Positions 49,879 to 59,830 of a stretch of 64,000 nucleotides of DNA are shown here, piece by piece. The notes below the pieces were generated by a model, which did not search any database, was not told the origin of the DNA, and worked only from the letters and a program-made list of their open reading frames with translations. Within the stretch, counting starts at the first letter, position 1; each line of letters begins with the position of its first letter. Both the position numbers and the translations under genes were made by a program. This stretch comes from Rhodanobacter sp. (GTDB lineage: Bacteria; Pseudomonadota; Gammaproteobacteria; Xanthomonadales; Rhodanobacteraceae): the NCBI GenBank assembly GCA_022730295.1, contig DZCM01000001.1:1168-65167 (forward strand), in the 5' to 3' direction.

Positions 49879-52331
49879 TGGACAACGATACGACGGCTGC
49901 CAAAGGCAAGCGCAAACTTCTCGACCCGCGTGCAGCGGCGCTGGCCGTCGCGGGCGCCGCGCGCGCGCGTTTCAGCCATCGCCGCAACGTCGCCGCAACC
50001 GTGGCCGACATCATGCTCGCGATCGGCACCTTGCTGGTGCTGTTCGGCTTGTTCATGGGCTGGCAGTCCTGGCTCATCTACCGGCAAGCTGAGGCTGCGC
50101 AAACGCTGGTCCGCGTGAGGTCGCTGACGGCGCTGAACGTCACCTCGGTCGTCTCCGGCAAGCGCGCGGAAGTTGCCGCGGCGCTGGCCAATCCCACCTT
50201 GCGAGCGGAGCTGGCGAAGGGCTATGCCGGCAACCGCGAGTCCGCCACGCAATTGCTCAAGGGAACGCTCGGCGACGCCGAATCGGTCACGCTGTACAGC
50301 CCGCAATTGACCGAAGTGCTGCACGGAAATTTGCAAACGGTCGGGTTCGCGCGCGCGGCACAGTTGATGACCGTCTTCGGTGCCGGTTCGCTCGGCCCTG
50401 CCGAATCGCCCAGGCCGCATGTCCTCAGTTTCGCCGGTCCAATCACTGCGCCGGACGGCACCGTACTGGCGTGGGCCGCGATCGATTTTCGTGACGCGCC
50501 GCTGTTGACCGCGTTGCAATCGGCGCCGGTGAGCGCGGGCCGGCTTGATCTGCGGCAATCGACCAGGACTGGCAACACGATCATCGACAGCGTTGGCGAC
50601 CTTGGCCTGTCGACCGCCGCCAACACCGGTGCCATCGTGCCGCAAAGCCTGTTCGAAGTCGCCAGCGCACCGCCGCAATATTGGCTGCCGGTCACGGCAT
50701 CGCTGACCACCGCACTGGTGCTGACCAGCGTGATGCTGTTGGTCGGGCTCGGCGTACTGTGGGAGCGAGTCCGCGTGCGCGCGCGGTTGGGTGGCGGTGG
50801 AGCGACCTCGAAAGAACCCACCTTCGCGGACATGCTCGCCGCCGCACCACCCGAACCAGCCAAGCCCGCGGCACACGCCGTGAGTGCCGCGGCCGCGCCC
50901 GGCGACGCGGCCGTGGAAACTCCGGACCTCGCGCCCAGGGCCAAGGACGACCCCATCCCGGAGCGCGGAATTTTCCGCGCCTACGACATTCGCGGCGTGG
51001 TCGGCAAGACGCTCAGCACCGGCGTTGCGCGCCAGCTCGGCCGCGCCATCGGCAGCGCCGTGCTCGACCAAGGCCTGCACCAGATCGTGGTCGGCCGCGA
51101 TGGACGGCTGTCAGGTCCCGAGCTTTCCAGTGCTCTGATCGAAGGCCTGCGCGCAGCCGGTGTCGACGTGATCGACATCGGTGCGGCGCCCACGCCAGTC
51201 AGCTACTTCGCGGCGTTCCAGCTCAACACTGGTTCGTGTGTGTCGGTGACCGGCAGCCACAATCCGCCCGACTACAACGGCTTCAAGATCGTGATCGGCG
51301 GCGAAACGCTCGCCGAAGATGCGATCCAGGATCTTTACCAGCGCATTGTTGACGGTCGCCTTGCGAGTGGCCACGGCAGCGTGCGCCAGTACGACATCAC
51401 CGCCGAATACATCGAACGCATCGCCTCGGACATCCAGACCGGCCGCTCCTTGAAAGTAGTCGTCGACTGTGGCAATGGCATCGCCGGCAACACCGCGCCC
51501 GGCGTGGTGCACGCGATCGGTTGCGAACCCGTCCCGTTGTACTGCGACGTGGATGGCGCGTTCCCCAACCATCACCCGGATCCCTCGGAGCCCAAGAACC
51601 TCGCCGACCTGATCCTGACGGTGCAGAAGACCGGCGCCGACCTCGGTCTCGCGTTCGATGGTGATGGCGACCGCCTCGGTGTAGTCACCAAGACCGGCGA
51701 AATCATCTATCCGGACCGCGTACTGATGCTGTTCGCGCAAGACGTGCTGATCCGCAACCCGGGCGCGACGATCCTGTACGACGTCAAGTGCACCGGGCAT
51801 CTGCAGCCGCTGATCCTGAAGGCCGGCGGCAGCCCCTTGATGTGGAAGACCGGGCACTCGCTGATCAAGGCGAAGATGAAGGAAACCGGCGCGCAACTGG
51901 CCGGCGAAATGAGCGGGCATTTCTTCTTCCGCGAACGCTGGTATGGCTTCGACGATGGCGTCTACGCCGCCGCGCGCCTGCTCGAAATCCTCGCCGATGA
52001 CCCCGAAGGTCGCACGCCGGAAGAAATCTTCGCGACCTTGCCCAAGGGCGTGTCCACGCCCGAGCTGCACATCGAGCTGCCCGAAGGCCAGAACCAGCCG
52101 TTCGTCACGCGCTTCCGCGAACGTGCCCAATTCGATGACGCCCGCATCACCACCATCGACGGCGTGCGCGCAGACTGGCCCGATGGCTGGGGCCTGGTGC
52201 GCGCGTCCAACACCACGCCGGTACTGGTGTTGCGTTTCGATGCCAACACCAGCGAAGCGCTGGAGCGCATCCAGGATGTGTTTCGCGCCCAGCTGCTGGC
52301 GTGCGACAGCTCGCTGGCGCTGCCATTCTGA
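49878..52331 (+). CDS. algC: Phosphomannomutase/phosphoglucomutase with N-terminal 2-TM periplasmic extension (AlgC-like long form)
   Basis: FRAYDIRG, TGSHNP, DGDGDR, GEMSGH, RASNT; TGATG coupling to dut. Confidence 0.88.
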   Translation: MDNDTTAAKGKRKLLDPRAAALAVAGAARARFSHRRNVAATVADIMLAIGTLLVLFGLFMGWQSWLIYRQAEAAQTLVRVRSLTALNVTSVVSGKRAEVAAALANPTLRAELAKGYAGNRESATQLLKGTLGDAESVTLYSPQLTEVLHGNLQTVGFARAAQLMTVFGAGSLGPAESPRPHVLSFAGPITAPDGTVLAWAAIDFRDAPLLTALQSAPVSAGRLDLRQSTRTGNTIIDSVGDLGLSTAANTGAIVPQSLFEVASAPPQYWLPVTASLTTALVLTSVMLLVGLGVLWERVRVRARLGGGGATSKEPTFADMLAAAPPEPAKPAAHAVSAAAAPGDAAVETPDLAPRAKDDPIPERGIFRAYDIRGVVGKTLSTGVARQLGRAIGSAVLDQGLHQIVVGRDGRLSGPELSSALIEGLRAAGVDVIDIGAAPTPVSYFAAFQLNTGSCVSVTGSHNPPDYNGFKIVIGGETLAEDAIQDLYQRIVDGRLASGHGSVRQYDITAEYIERIASDIQTGRSLKVVVDCGNGIAGNTAPGVVHAIGCEPVPLYCDVDGAFPNHHPDPSEPKNLADLILTVQKTGADLGLAFDGDGDRLGVVTKTGEIIYPDRVLMLFAQDVLIRNPGATILYDVKCTGHLQPLILKAGGSPLMWKTGHSLIKAKMKETGAQLAGEMSGHFFFRERWYGFDDGVYAAARLLEILADDPEGRTPEEIFATLPKGVSTPELHIELPEGQNQPFVTRFRERAQFDDARITTIDGVRADWPDGWGLVRASNTTPVLVLRFDANTSEALERIQDVFRAQLLACDSSLALPF

Positions 52332-52340
52332 GACACCGCG

Positions 52341-52928
52341 TCAGCACCGCAGCCGCGCCAGCAAGACCGCGCGCGCAGCGGGCCACTCCTCCGCCAGCAG
52401 GCTGTACTCGACGCTGTCGCGGATGCTGCCATCGTGGCGTAATTTGTGCGCGCGCAAAACGCCATCGCAATGCGCGCCGAGGCGTTCGATCGCGCGTTGC
52501 GAACGCGTGTTCAGGATGTCGGTTTCCCAGCCCACCGCGGCGCAACCAAGCACATGGAATGCGTGGTCGACCAGCAGCAGCTTGGCGGCGGTGTTGACGT
52601 GGCTGCGCTGGCGGCTGGCCGCGTACCAGGTGTGGCCGATCAGCACGCGCGGAACGTCGGCCTTGAACTCGTAGTAACGCGTCGAGCCCGCCAGCGCGCC
52701 ATCGCGCAGGTCGCGTACCGCGAACGGCAGCGCATCGCCTTGCGCCTGCATCGCCAACGCCTTCTCGACATACGCACGCATCGTGCCGGGCGGCGGCACG
52801 TAGGTGACCCGCAAGTTCCACAGTTCGCCATCGGCAGCGGCCTGCTCCAGACCCGCCACGTGGTCGTGGCCCAGCGGTTCAAGGCGGACGTATTCACTCT
52901 CCAATGTGGCTGAAGTGAGTTCGAGCAT
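52341..52928 (-). CDS. RimJ/RimL-type GNAT acetyltransferase
   Basis: IGHTWY, NTAAKLLL, SQRAIERLGA, RDSV. Confidence 0.9.
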   Translation of the reverse strand: MLELTSATLESEYVRLEPLGHDHVAGLEQAAADGELWNLRVTYVPPPGTMRAYVEKALAMQAQGDALPFAVRDLRDGALAGSTRYYEFKADVPRVLIGHTWYAASRQRSHVNTAAKLLLVDHAFHVLGCAAVGWETDILNTRSQRAIERLGAHCDGVLRAHKLRHDGSIRDSVEYSLLAEEWPAARAVLLARLRC

Positions 52929-53018
52929 GGCAGAGTGATTCGCAAAGCGTAGCGAGCGACGGTAGGTTGTGCGACGCCGGCGCGCAAGCTACCGAGCGCA
53001 GCAGCTTTGCGGGCCACT

Positions 53019-53228
53019 CTACGCATCGAGGTCTGGAATCAGTTTGTTCTCGAAATACGCAATCATGTCTTTCAGCCGCAGTTTGCGCTTTTTCATCCGG
53101 CTCAACTGCAGCTGATTGCAGGCAGGGTCGCCCGCCAGCCTGGCGATCGCGACGTCAAGATCGCGGTGTTCCTCGCGCAATTCCGTGAGATGGCGCACGA
53201 GGCTGGCGGGGTCGTTGCCGGGTTGCAT
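53019..53228 (-). CDS. DUF465 / YdcH family protein
   Basis: EHRDLD...RMKKRKLRLKD...LIPDLDA. Confidence 0.9.
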   Translation of the reverse strand: MQPGNDPASLVRHLTELREEHRDLDVAIARLAGDPACNQLQLSRMKKRKLRLKDMIAYFENKLIPDLDA

Positions 53229-53274
53229 GGGCGGAGTGTAGCGGCGGCGCGGCGCGCGCTACACTGACCGGTTC

Positions 53275-54165
53275 ATGCCCCAGCTCGCCGCCCCGCGCAC
53301 TGCCCCCGACCGCCGCCACGACCATGAAGCCGCGCGGCTGGCCAAGCGCCTGCGCCACGCAGCCGGGCGCGCGATCGCCGACTACAACCTGATCGAGGAT
53401 GGCGATCGGGTGATGGTATGCCTCTCCGGCGGCAAGGATTCGTGGACCCTGCTGGACCTGCTGCTGTCGCTGAAGGCGAAGGCGCCGGTCGAGTTCGAAC
53501 TCGCCGCAGTGAACCTCGACCAGAAACAGCCGGGGTTTCCGGAACAGGTGATCCCCGATTACTGCCGCGCGCGCGGGATACCCTGCCACGTGATCGAGCA
53601 GGATACCTACAGCGTGGTAACGCGCGTGGTACCCGAGGGCAAGACGCTGTGCAGTCTGTGCTCGCGCCTGCGGCGCGGTGCCCTGTACGCGTTCGCCGAG
53701 CGCGAAGGTTTCAGCAAGATTGCGCTCGGCCACCATCGCGACGACATCCTCGCGACGTTTTTCCTGAACCTGTTTTTCGGCGGCACCCTCAAGGCCATGC
53801 CGCCGAAGCTGCAATCCGATGACGGCAAACACGTTTTGATCCGCCCGCTCGCGTTTTGCCGCGAGGACGAGATCGCCGAATACGCCGCGCAGCGTGCGTT
53901 CCCGATCATCCCCTGCAACCTGTGCGGTTCTCAGGAAAACCTGCAGCGCAAGCAGGTGCGGCGGATGCTCGATCAATGGGAACGCGAGCACCCGGGCCGC
54001 AGTGAAAGCATGTTCCGCGCGCTCTGCAACGTGGCGCCCTCGCAACTGGCCGACCCGAAGCTGTTCGATTTTTCCAAGCTCGGCGCACCCGGTGAGACAG
54101 CGCCGCCGGACACTCATGCTTGGCTGGGAAGCCGGTCCCCGGGACCCGGGACCGGAGACCCGTAA
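53275..54165 (+). CDS. ttcA: tRNA 2-thiocytidine(32) synthetase TtcA
   Basis: [29 protein letters not shown]. Confidence 0.96.
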   Translation: MPQLAAPRTAPDRRHDHEAARLAKRLRHAAGRAIADYNLIEDGDRVMVCLSGGKDSWTLLDLLLSLKAKAPVEFELAAVNLDQKQPGFPEQVIPDYCRARGIPCHVIEQDTYSVVTRVVPEGKTLCSLCSRLRRGALYAFAEREGFSKIALGHHRDDILATFFLNLFFGGTLKAMPPKLQSDDGKHVLIRPLAFCREDEIAEYAAQRAFPIIPCNLCGSQENLQRKQVRRMLDQWEREHPGRSESMFRALCNVAPSQLADPKLFDFSKLGAPGETAPPDTHAWLGSRSPGPGTGDP

Positions 54166-54229
54166 AGGCAATTTTGCGGCACGCAACCAGATCGTCCCAC
54201 CCCTATCCATTCTCATTCCCGGACATCAC

Positions 54230-55156
54230 ATGTTCTTCCGCAATCTCACCCTGTTTCGCTTCTCGCCTGCGGTCACCAAGTCGCTGAAGGATCTCGACGC
54301 CGCCCTGGCCGGCCGCGTCCTGCGCGCCTGCGGGCCGCTGGAACTCGCTACCCACGGTTTCGTCTCGCCATTCGGACCGGATTCCGAAGTACTTAGCCAC
54401 TCGGTCGCCAAAGCCACGCTGGTGACCCTGGGCAGCGAGGAAAAACTGCTGCCCGCGGCGGTGGTCAACGCCGAGCTCGGCAAACGCCTGCGCAAGGAGT
54501 CTGAACGGCGCGGCAAGCCGGTCGGCGGGCGCCAACGCCGCGCCATCAAGGCCGAGGTGCTGGATACCCTGCTGCCGCAAGCCTTCGTCCGGCCAGCGCG
54601 GCTGAATGCTTATCTGGAAACGAAAAATGGCTGGCTGGTGCTGGATACGGCCTCCCGCAAGGCCGCCGAAACCGCCCTGACCGCCCTGCGCGAAGCCCTG
54701 GGCAGCTTCCCCGCCCAGCCCTTGGCGGCTGCCGAAACCCCACGCGCCCTGATGACCCAGTGGCTCAGCTCTGGCAAGCTACCGGACGGGCTCGCCTTGG
54801 GCGACGAATGTGAACTGCGCGACCCGGCAGGCGGTGCCGTGATCCGTTGCCGCAAGCAGGAGCTTGAAAGCGACGAGGTTCGGGCGCATCTGAAACAGGG
54901 CAAGCAGGTGTTCCAGCTCGGCTTGCAGTTCGAGGAACGCGCCAGTTTCGTACTCGGCGAGGACCTCGTGATCCGCAAGTTCCGATTCCTCGACGTCGTC
55001 CAGGATTCTCTCGACGCCGGCGGCAAGGATTCGGCCGCGGCCGAGCTCGACGCGCGCTTCGCCCTGATGACCCTGGAACTGGAACGTTTGTTGCAAGGAT
55101 TCCAACAATGGTTCGGGCTCGAACGGCCCGTGGAAGGCAACAAGAAGGCAGCATGA
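54230..55156 (+). CDS. rdgC: Recombination-associated protein RdgC
   Basis: MFFRNLTLFRF, EEKLLP, LLPQAF, LGDECEL. Confidence 0.93.
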   Translation: MFFRNLTLFRFSPAVTKSLKDLDAALAGRVLRACGPLELATHGFVSPFGPDSEVLSHSVAKATLVTLGSEEKLLPAAVVNAELGKRLRKESERRGKPVGGRQRRAIKAEVLDTLLPQAFVRPARLNAYLETKNGWLVLDTASRKAAETALTALREALGSFPAQPLAAAETPRALMTQWLSSGKLPDGLALGDECELRDPAGGAVIRCRKQELESDEVRAHLKQGKQVFQLGLQFEERASFVLGEDLVIRKFRFLDVVQDSLDAGGKDSAAAELDARFALMTLELERLLQGFQQWFGLERPVEGNKKAA

Positions 55157-55914
55157 TTCCGGAAGGCGACTTCCTTGAATTGAGCACGGGCAAGGGCTCC
55201 AGTATCAAGGTGCTGAAGGCCATGCACCCGCGTGCGCGCCGGCTGCGCTTGTCGGTCACCCCGCATGGTGCGCGCGTTTCGTATCCGCGCGGCACGCATC
55301 CCGCGCAGGTGTACGCCTTTCTGCGCGAAAACAGCGACTGGTTGCAGCGCAAACTTTCCGAATTGCGCATCCCCCGGCACGGCCCGCCGCCGTTGCGCGC
55401 AGGCGTGCCCACGCTGATCCCGCTGCGTGGCGAAGCAACCGAACTCACCTGGCGCGAAGGCGACTATCCGCGCATCGAAGATCGCGGCAACGAACTGCGC
55501 CTGCACGTGCCACGCCCGTTCACCACCGCGATGCCGGCCGCGCGCAACCTGCTGGCCGCGTACCTTGAAACCCACATGCGCCGCGACCTGTCGCGCTGGA
55601 TGGCGCAGGCCAGCGAACAACTCGACGCCGCGCCGACCGGCCTGCGCATCAAGCCGCTGAAAAGCCTGTGGGGCAGTCTCGATGCGCACGACCGCATCAC
55701 CCTCGACTTGTCCCTGGCACTCGCGCCGCCCGCCGCGCTGCGCTACGTGCTGATGCACGAGATGTGTCACCTGAAGGTGCGCAGTCATGCAGCGCGCTTC
55801 TGGGCGCGAGTGGGTGAGCTGATGCCGGGCTACCAGGCGCAGCGCGACTGGTTGCGCGAAAACGGCGCGATCCTGAAAGCCGAGATGGAGCGGTTGATCG
55901 AAGCGCGCGACTGA
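55153..55914 (+). CDS. YgjP/DUF45 zinc-dependent hydrolase family
   Basis: LWGS, YVLMHEMCHL, H..RFW; ATGA overlap with rdgC. Confidence 0.88.
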   Translation: MIPEGDFLELSTGKGSSIKVLKAMHPRARRLRLSVTPHGARVSYPRGTHPAQVYAFLRENSDWLQRKLSELRIPRHGPPPLRAGVPTLIPLRGEATELTWREGDYPRIEDRGNELRLHVPRPFTTAMPAARNLLAAYLETHMRRDLSRWMAQASEQLDAAPTGLRIKPLKSLWGSLDAHDRITLDLSLALAPPAALRYVLMHEMCHLKVRSHAARFWARVGELMPGYQAQRDWLRENGAILKAEMERLIEARD

Positions 55915-55928
55915 GGCGCGGGTGATTT

Positions 55929-55990
55929 CCCTCTTCCCTCGGGCGAGGGTGGCGCATCACGCAGGGTGAGGGTACGTATTCGCGCAAGCC
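55929..55990. repeat. Degenerate single-arm copy of the hrpB-inserted repeat
   Basis: ccctcttccctcgggcgagggtggcgc...gggtgagggtacg...gcgcaag matches 746-820. Confidence 0.7.
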
Positions 55991-56043
55991 AGCGGGTCAC
56001 GCTGCTTACGCTACCTTCGCGAGCAACTCGGCACCTGGCCGCT

Positions 56044-57030
56044 TCACGGCAGCAGCACGAACTGCGATATCGCGCGTGACACCTCGCGCGGTTTCTCCAT
56101 GATCGCCATGTGTCCGCAGCCATTTATCTCGGTGACACCGATGCTGGGCGCGTGGGTGAGGCCCTTGCGCAGCGCATCCAGCGCGGAGATGTCGATGATC
56201 TGATCCTGCCGGCACCAGATCGCCAGCGTCGGTGCAGTGATGTCGGGCAGTTTGGCCGCGAGCGCGTCACGCGCACCGGGCGCGGTCATGTCAGCCATCA
56301 CCTGGTCGCGAAACGCCCGATTGGCTTTGGCACGTTCGATGAACACGTCGGCCACGCGCGGTGGCACCGAAGGCGGCTTGGTGAACAGCAACGATTCGAG
56401 TTGCTTGAACTGGGCGCGGTTGTCGATGTCGAACGGACTCTTGCCCGACTTCAACTCGCGCACGAAGGCGTTTTCCTTGAACGGCACGCCGGCCGAATCG
56501 ACCAGCACGAGCGCGGCGACGTCTTTCGGATACTGTGCAGCGTAGAGCCCCGCGATCGCGCCGCCCATCGACTGGCCGGCGACTGCGACTTCACCAAGAT
56601 GCAAGGCCTCGACGAAACCGTGCAAGCGTTGCGCCTGCGCCGCGAAACCGTAATCGGCACCCGCGATGCGCGTGGAATCGCCCCAACCCGGCAGGTCGGG
56701 AATGATGACGTGGAAGTTGGTGGTGAGGTAACGCGCGGCCAGCAGCCAGCTCGCATGCGATCCATCAAAGCCGTGCAGCAGCACCAGGGCCGGGCCATCC
56801 TTTTTGCCACCCTCGACGTAGGCCCAACGCGTGTCGCCGACCTGCACGGATCTCTCGTGCAAGCCATCACGCCAGGTCTGGTACTGGATCGCTCCCTGCA
56901 ACAACCATTGCGGCGCGATGAAATAGACGGCCAAACCAATCACCGCCAGCGCAATGAAAACGCCGCCGAGGATCTTCAATCGACGCGCGACGCGCGCGAG
57001 CAGAAGGTCACGAGCAGGGTTGCCGGACAT
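56044..57030 (-). CDS. Alpha/beta hydrolase (lipase-like) with N-terminal TM
   Basis: LLHGF, PDLPGWG, GQSMGG nucleophile, CGH. Confidence 0.9.
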   Translation of the reverse strand: MSGNPARDLLLARVARRLKILGGVFIALAVIGLAVYFIAPQWLLQGAIQYQTWRDGLHERSVQVGDTRWAYVEGGKKDGPALVLLHGFDGSHASWLLAARYLTTNFHVIIPDLPGWGDSTRIAGADYGFAAQAQRLHGFVEALHLGEVAVAGQSMGGAIAGLYAAQYPKDVAALVLVDSAGVPFKENAFVRELKSGKSPFDIDNRAQFKQLESLLFTKPPSVPPRVADVFIERAKANRAFRDQVMADMTAPGARDALAAKLPDITAPTLAIWCRQDQIIDISALDALRKGLTHAPSIGVTEINGCGHMAIMEKPREVSRAISQFVLLP

Positions 57031-57037
57031 GTGCGGA

Positions 57038-58921
57038 TCAGCCCTTGTGTGCAGCGGATTTCGCCGCATCCATCGCGGCGCGGATCCTCGCGAACAATTT
57101 TTCGACCGCCATCTGGGTCAAGGGGTGGTAGCCATCCTTCGCCTTGGCATAAACCCGTTCGGCAAACGCGAAGCCTTCGGGCGTCTTCGCCAGAGCCTTG
57201 TAGACCGGCATGGTGAGATAAAGCCGGCCGATCCGCGTCACGTGTTCGGCGGCAGCCGGCCAAACGGCCTTGTCGCCCGCGGCGATCGCATGCACGTACC
57301 AGCGCATGCCGATTTCGGCGTTGCGGGTGCCAGTGAGATGCCATTCGGCATCCAGATCCTGCATCGTCGCGAGCGGCGGCGCATCGGGCAGGCGATCAAG
57401 AAAATACATCCACTCCTGCGTATTCCAGTCCTTCGCGTCGAGTTCGGACGCCGGCAAGGTACCGGCGAGGACCTCGCTGCGCTGCTTGTCGATCGCGTCG
57501 AAACGCGGCGAATCCGGGACCGGTGCGTCTTTCGGGATGCCGGCGCCGTAGACCCACTCCTGCACTTCGTCCCAGCTCATCTTGCCGGGGTACTTTTCGA
57601 TCAGGTTGGACTTGAGGAACGCCAGCATCTGCTCGGTGGTGATCGAGTGCCAGGCGAAATGATTGAAGTAGCTTTCGAGATAGTGGTCGAAATCCCTGCG
57701 CCCGTATTTCTGCTCCAGCCTGCGCAGGAACCACGAGCCCTTGTCATAGGCGACGTCGGAAAGTTCATCATCGGCGTCGATCTTGCGCGGTTCCGGCGCA
57801 AGCCGTTGCGCATTTTCCGGCATCGACGCGATCGTCTTCTGCAGGTTGCGGATCGCCAGCAGGGTTTCCTCGTTCGCCTGGCGCGTGCCATACAGGGCCT
57901 CGGTGATGCGGCCCTGCACATACGTGGTGACGCCTTCGTTGAGCCAGATGTCACGCCACGTCGCCGCAGTGACGAGGTTGCCCGACCACGAGTGCGCCAG
58001 TTCATGCGCGACCAGCGAGACCAACGACTTGTCGCCGACCAGCACGGTCGGCGTGGCGAAGGTCATGTTGGGGTTTTCCATGCCGCCGTACGGAAACGAC
58101 GGCGGCAGCACGAGGATGTCGTAACGGCCCCAACGATACGGACCGTACAACTTCTCGGCAGTCTCGATCATCTTTTCAGTGTCTTCGAATTCGTGCGCGG
58201 CTTTCGCAACCACTGACGGTTCGGCGTACACGGCCGAACGCGGGCCGGTTTCGCGCACCGCAAGGTCGCCCGCGGCGATCGCGAGCAGATACGAAGGCAC
58301 CGGGTGGGTCTGGATGAAATCGAACGAACCGTCCAGCGGATGCTGTGGATCATTCGGTGCGCTCATCACCACGCGGATGTCCTTGGGCGCGGCAACCGTG
58401 GCGTGCCAGGTGAATCGGATGGCGGGCGAATCCTGCAGCGGCACCCACGAACGTGCATGGGTGGATTGGGATTGCGAGAACAGGAACGGCAGTTTCCTGT
58501 CGGCCGTCTGCACGGGATCCAGCCATTGCAGGCCGCTGGCGCCCGGCGACGTCGCGTAGGTAATGCGCACTGCCTGCGGATGCTTCGGCGCCTCGATGGT
58601 GAGCTTGGAGCCCATGGCCGGAACCGGCTCAGCGAGCTTGTAATCCAGCCGGTGCGCGTGGCCCTTGCCGTCCACCGCCTCGATGGAAGCAATCTTCAGG
58701 TTCTCGGTGTCCAACACCAGCTCACGTACTTCGGGGTTCTTCCAGTCCAACGTCAGCGTCGCCGCGCCAGCGAGTTGCTGGTGCGTGAAATCGACCTTCA
58801 GCGCGAGGTCGATATGCGTGATCACGACATCCTGCGGCTGCGCCCAGGAATGCGGATCAGCAGCTTGCGCAGCGACCGGCAGCACGAGTGCGCCGATGGC
58901 GAGGGTGGAAAGCGGGCGCAT
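57038..58921 (-). CDS. M1 aminopeptidase (leukotriene A4 hydrolase-like), secreted
   Basis: GGMEN, HELAHSW, NEG, YDKG; signal peptide. Confidence 0.93.
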   Translation of the reverse strand: MRPLSTLAIGALVLPVAAQAADPHSWAQPQDVVITHIDLALKVDFTHQQLAGAATLTLDWKNPEVRELVLDTENLKIASIEAVDGKGHAHRLDYKLAEPVPAMGSKLTIEAPKHPQAVRITYATSPGASGLQWLDPVQTADRKLPFLFSQSQSTHARSWVPLQDSPAIRFTWHATVAAPKDIRVVMSAPNDPQHPLDGSFDFIQTHPVPSYLLAIAAGDLAVRETGPRSAVYAEPSVVAKAAHEFEDTEKMIETAEKLYGPYRWGRYDILVLPPSFPYGGMENPNMTFATPTVLVGDKSLVSLVAHELAHSWSGNLVTAATWRDIWLNEGVTTYVQGRITEALYGTRQANEETLLAIRNLQKTIASMPENAQRLAPEPRKIDADDELSDVAYDKGSWFLRRLEQKYGRRDFDHYLESYFNHFAWHSITTEQMLAFLKSNLIEKYPGKMSWDEVQEWVYGAGIPKDAPVPDSPRFDAIDKQRSEVLAGTLPASELDAKDWNTQEWMYFLDRLPDAPPLATMQDLDAEWHLTGTRNAEIGMRWYVHAIAAGDKAVWPAAAEHVTRIGRLYLTMPVYKALAKTPEGFAFAERVYAKAKDGYHPLTQMAVEKLFARIRAAMDAAKSAAHKG

Positions 58922-59053
58922 CGCGGCGCTCCTGTCAATCAATGAAACCCCGAGTATGCCAGCCCCCCGCGCTGCCCGCCCGTACCGAAGGTCGTGGTCT
59001 GTGGCGGGGCGCCCGGACCTAGAATGCGCGAACCCACCGCAACGGAGTCATCC

Positions 59054-59725
59054 ATGCCGACCCTCTACATCGCCAACAAGAATTACTCGTCGTGGTCGTT
59101 GCGACCCTGGGTGTTGTTGCGCGAACGTGGCATTGCGTTCGCGGAGCGGTTGGAGCCGTTCGCTGGCAAGTCATTCACGACATTCTCGCCGAGCGGCAAG
59201 GTGCCCTGTCTCGTCGACGGCGACACCACGGTATGGGATTCCCTGGCCATCAGCGAGTACCTGGCCGAACAGCATCCTGGCGTGTGGCCGGCCGCTGCCA
59301 AGGCCCGCGCGTTCGCGCGCTGCGCGGCGGCGGAGATGCATTCGGGCTTCATGGCACTGCGCGAACAATGCGGGATGAACTGCGGGCTCCGGGTACAGCT
59401 ACATCGCATCGACGCCGCGCTGCAACGCGACCTCACGCGCCTCGAAGCCTTGTGGAACGACGGCCTTGCGCGTTTCGGCGGCCCCTTCCTCGCAGGCGTT
59501 GAGTTCAGCGCAGCCGATGCGTTTTACGCGCCGGTGGCTTTTCGCATCCAGACTTATGCGCCGCCGCTCGGCTCCGCCGCGAACGCCTACGCCCAGCGCC
59601 TGCTCGCACTGCCCTCGATGCGTGAATGGTATGCGTCATCACTGGCGGAAACCTGGCGTCACGCCGGGCACGAAGCCGAGGTGGCGCGCTGGGGCACCAT
59701 CACGTCTGACTTGCGGGCGAGGTAA
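59054..59725 (+). CDS. Glutathione S-transferase family
   Basis: NKNYSSWSLRPW, SPSGKVP, DSLAI, AEMHSGF. Confidence 0.92.
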   Translation: MPTLYIANKNYSSWSLRPWVLLRERGIAFAERLEPFAGKSFTTFSPSGKVPCLVDGDTTVWDSLAISEYLAEQHPGVWPAAAKARAFARCAAAEMHSGFMALREQCGMNCGLRVQLHRIDAALQRDLTRLEALWNDGLARFGGPFLAGVEFSAADAFYAPVAFRIQTYAPPLGSAANAYAQRLLALPSMREWYASSLAETWRHAGHEAEVARWGTITSDLRAR

Positions 59726-59774
59726 TGCAAGCGCGCCATCGACCCGTGCGCGAGGGCAGCAATTCCCGCTGTTG

Positions 59775-59802
59775 ATTCGCGTTTATTCGCGTTCATTCGC
59801 GG
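59775..59802. repeat. 10-bp-period tandem repeat (ATTCGCGTTY x3)
   Basis: attcgcgttt attcgcgttc attcgcgg between convergent genes. Confidence 0.7.
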
Positions 59803-59830
59803 ACGGATGGCTTTGCTCTGGTGAACGTAC

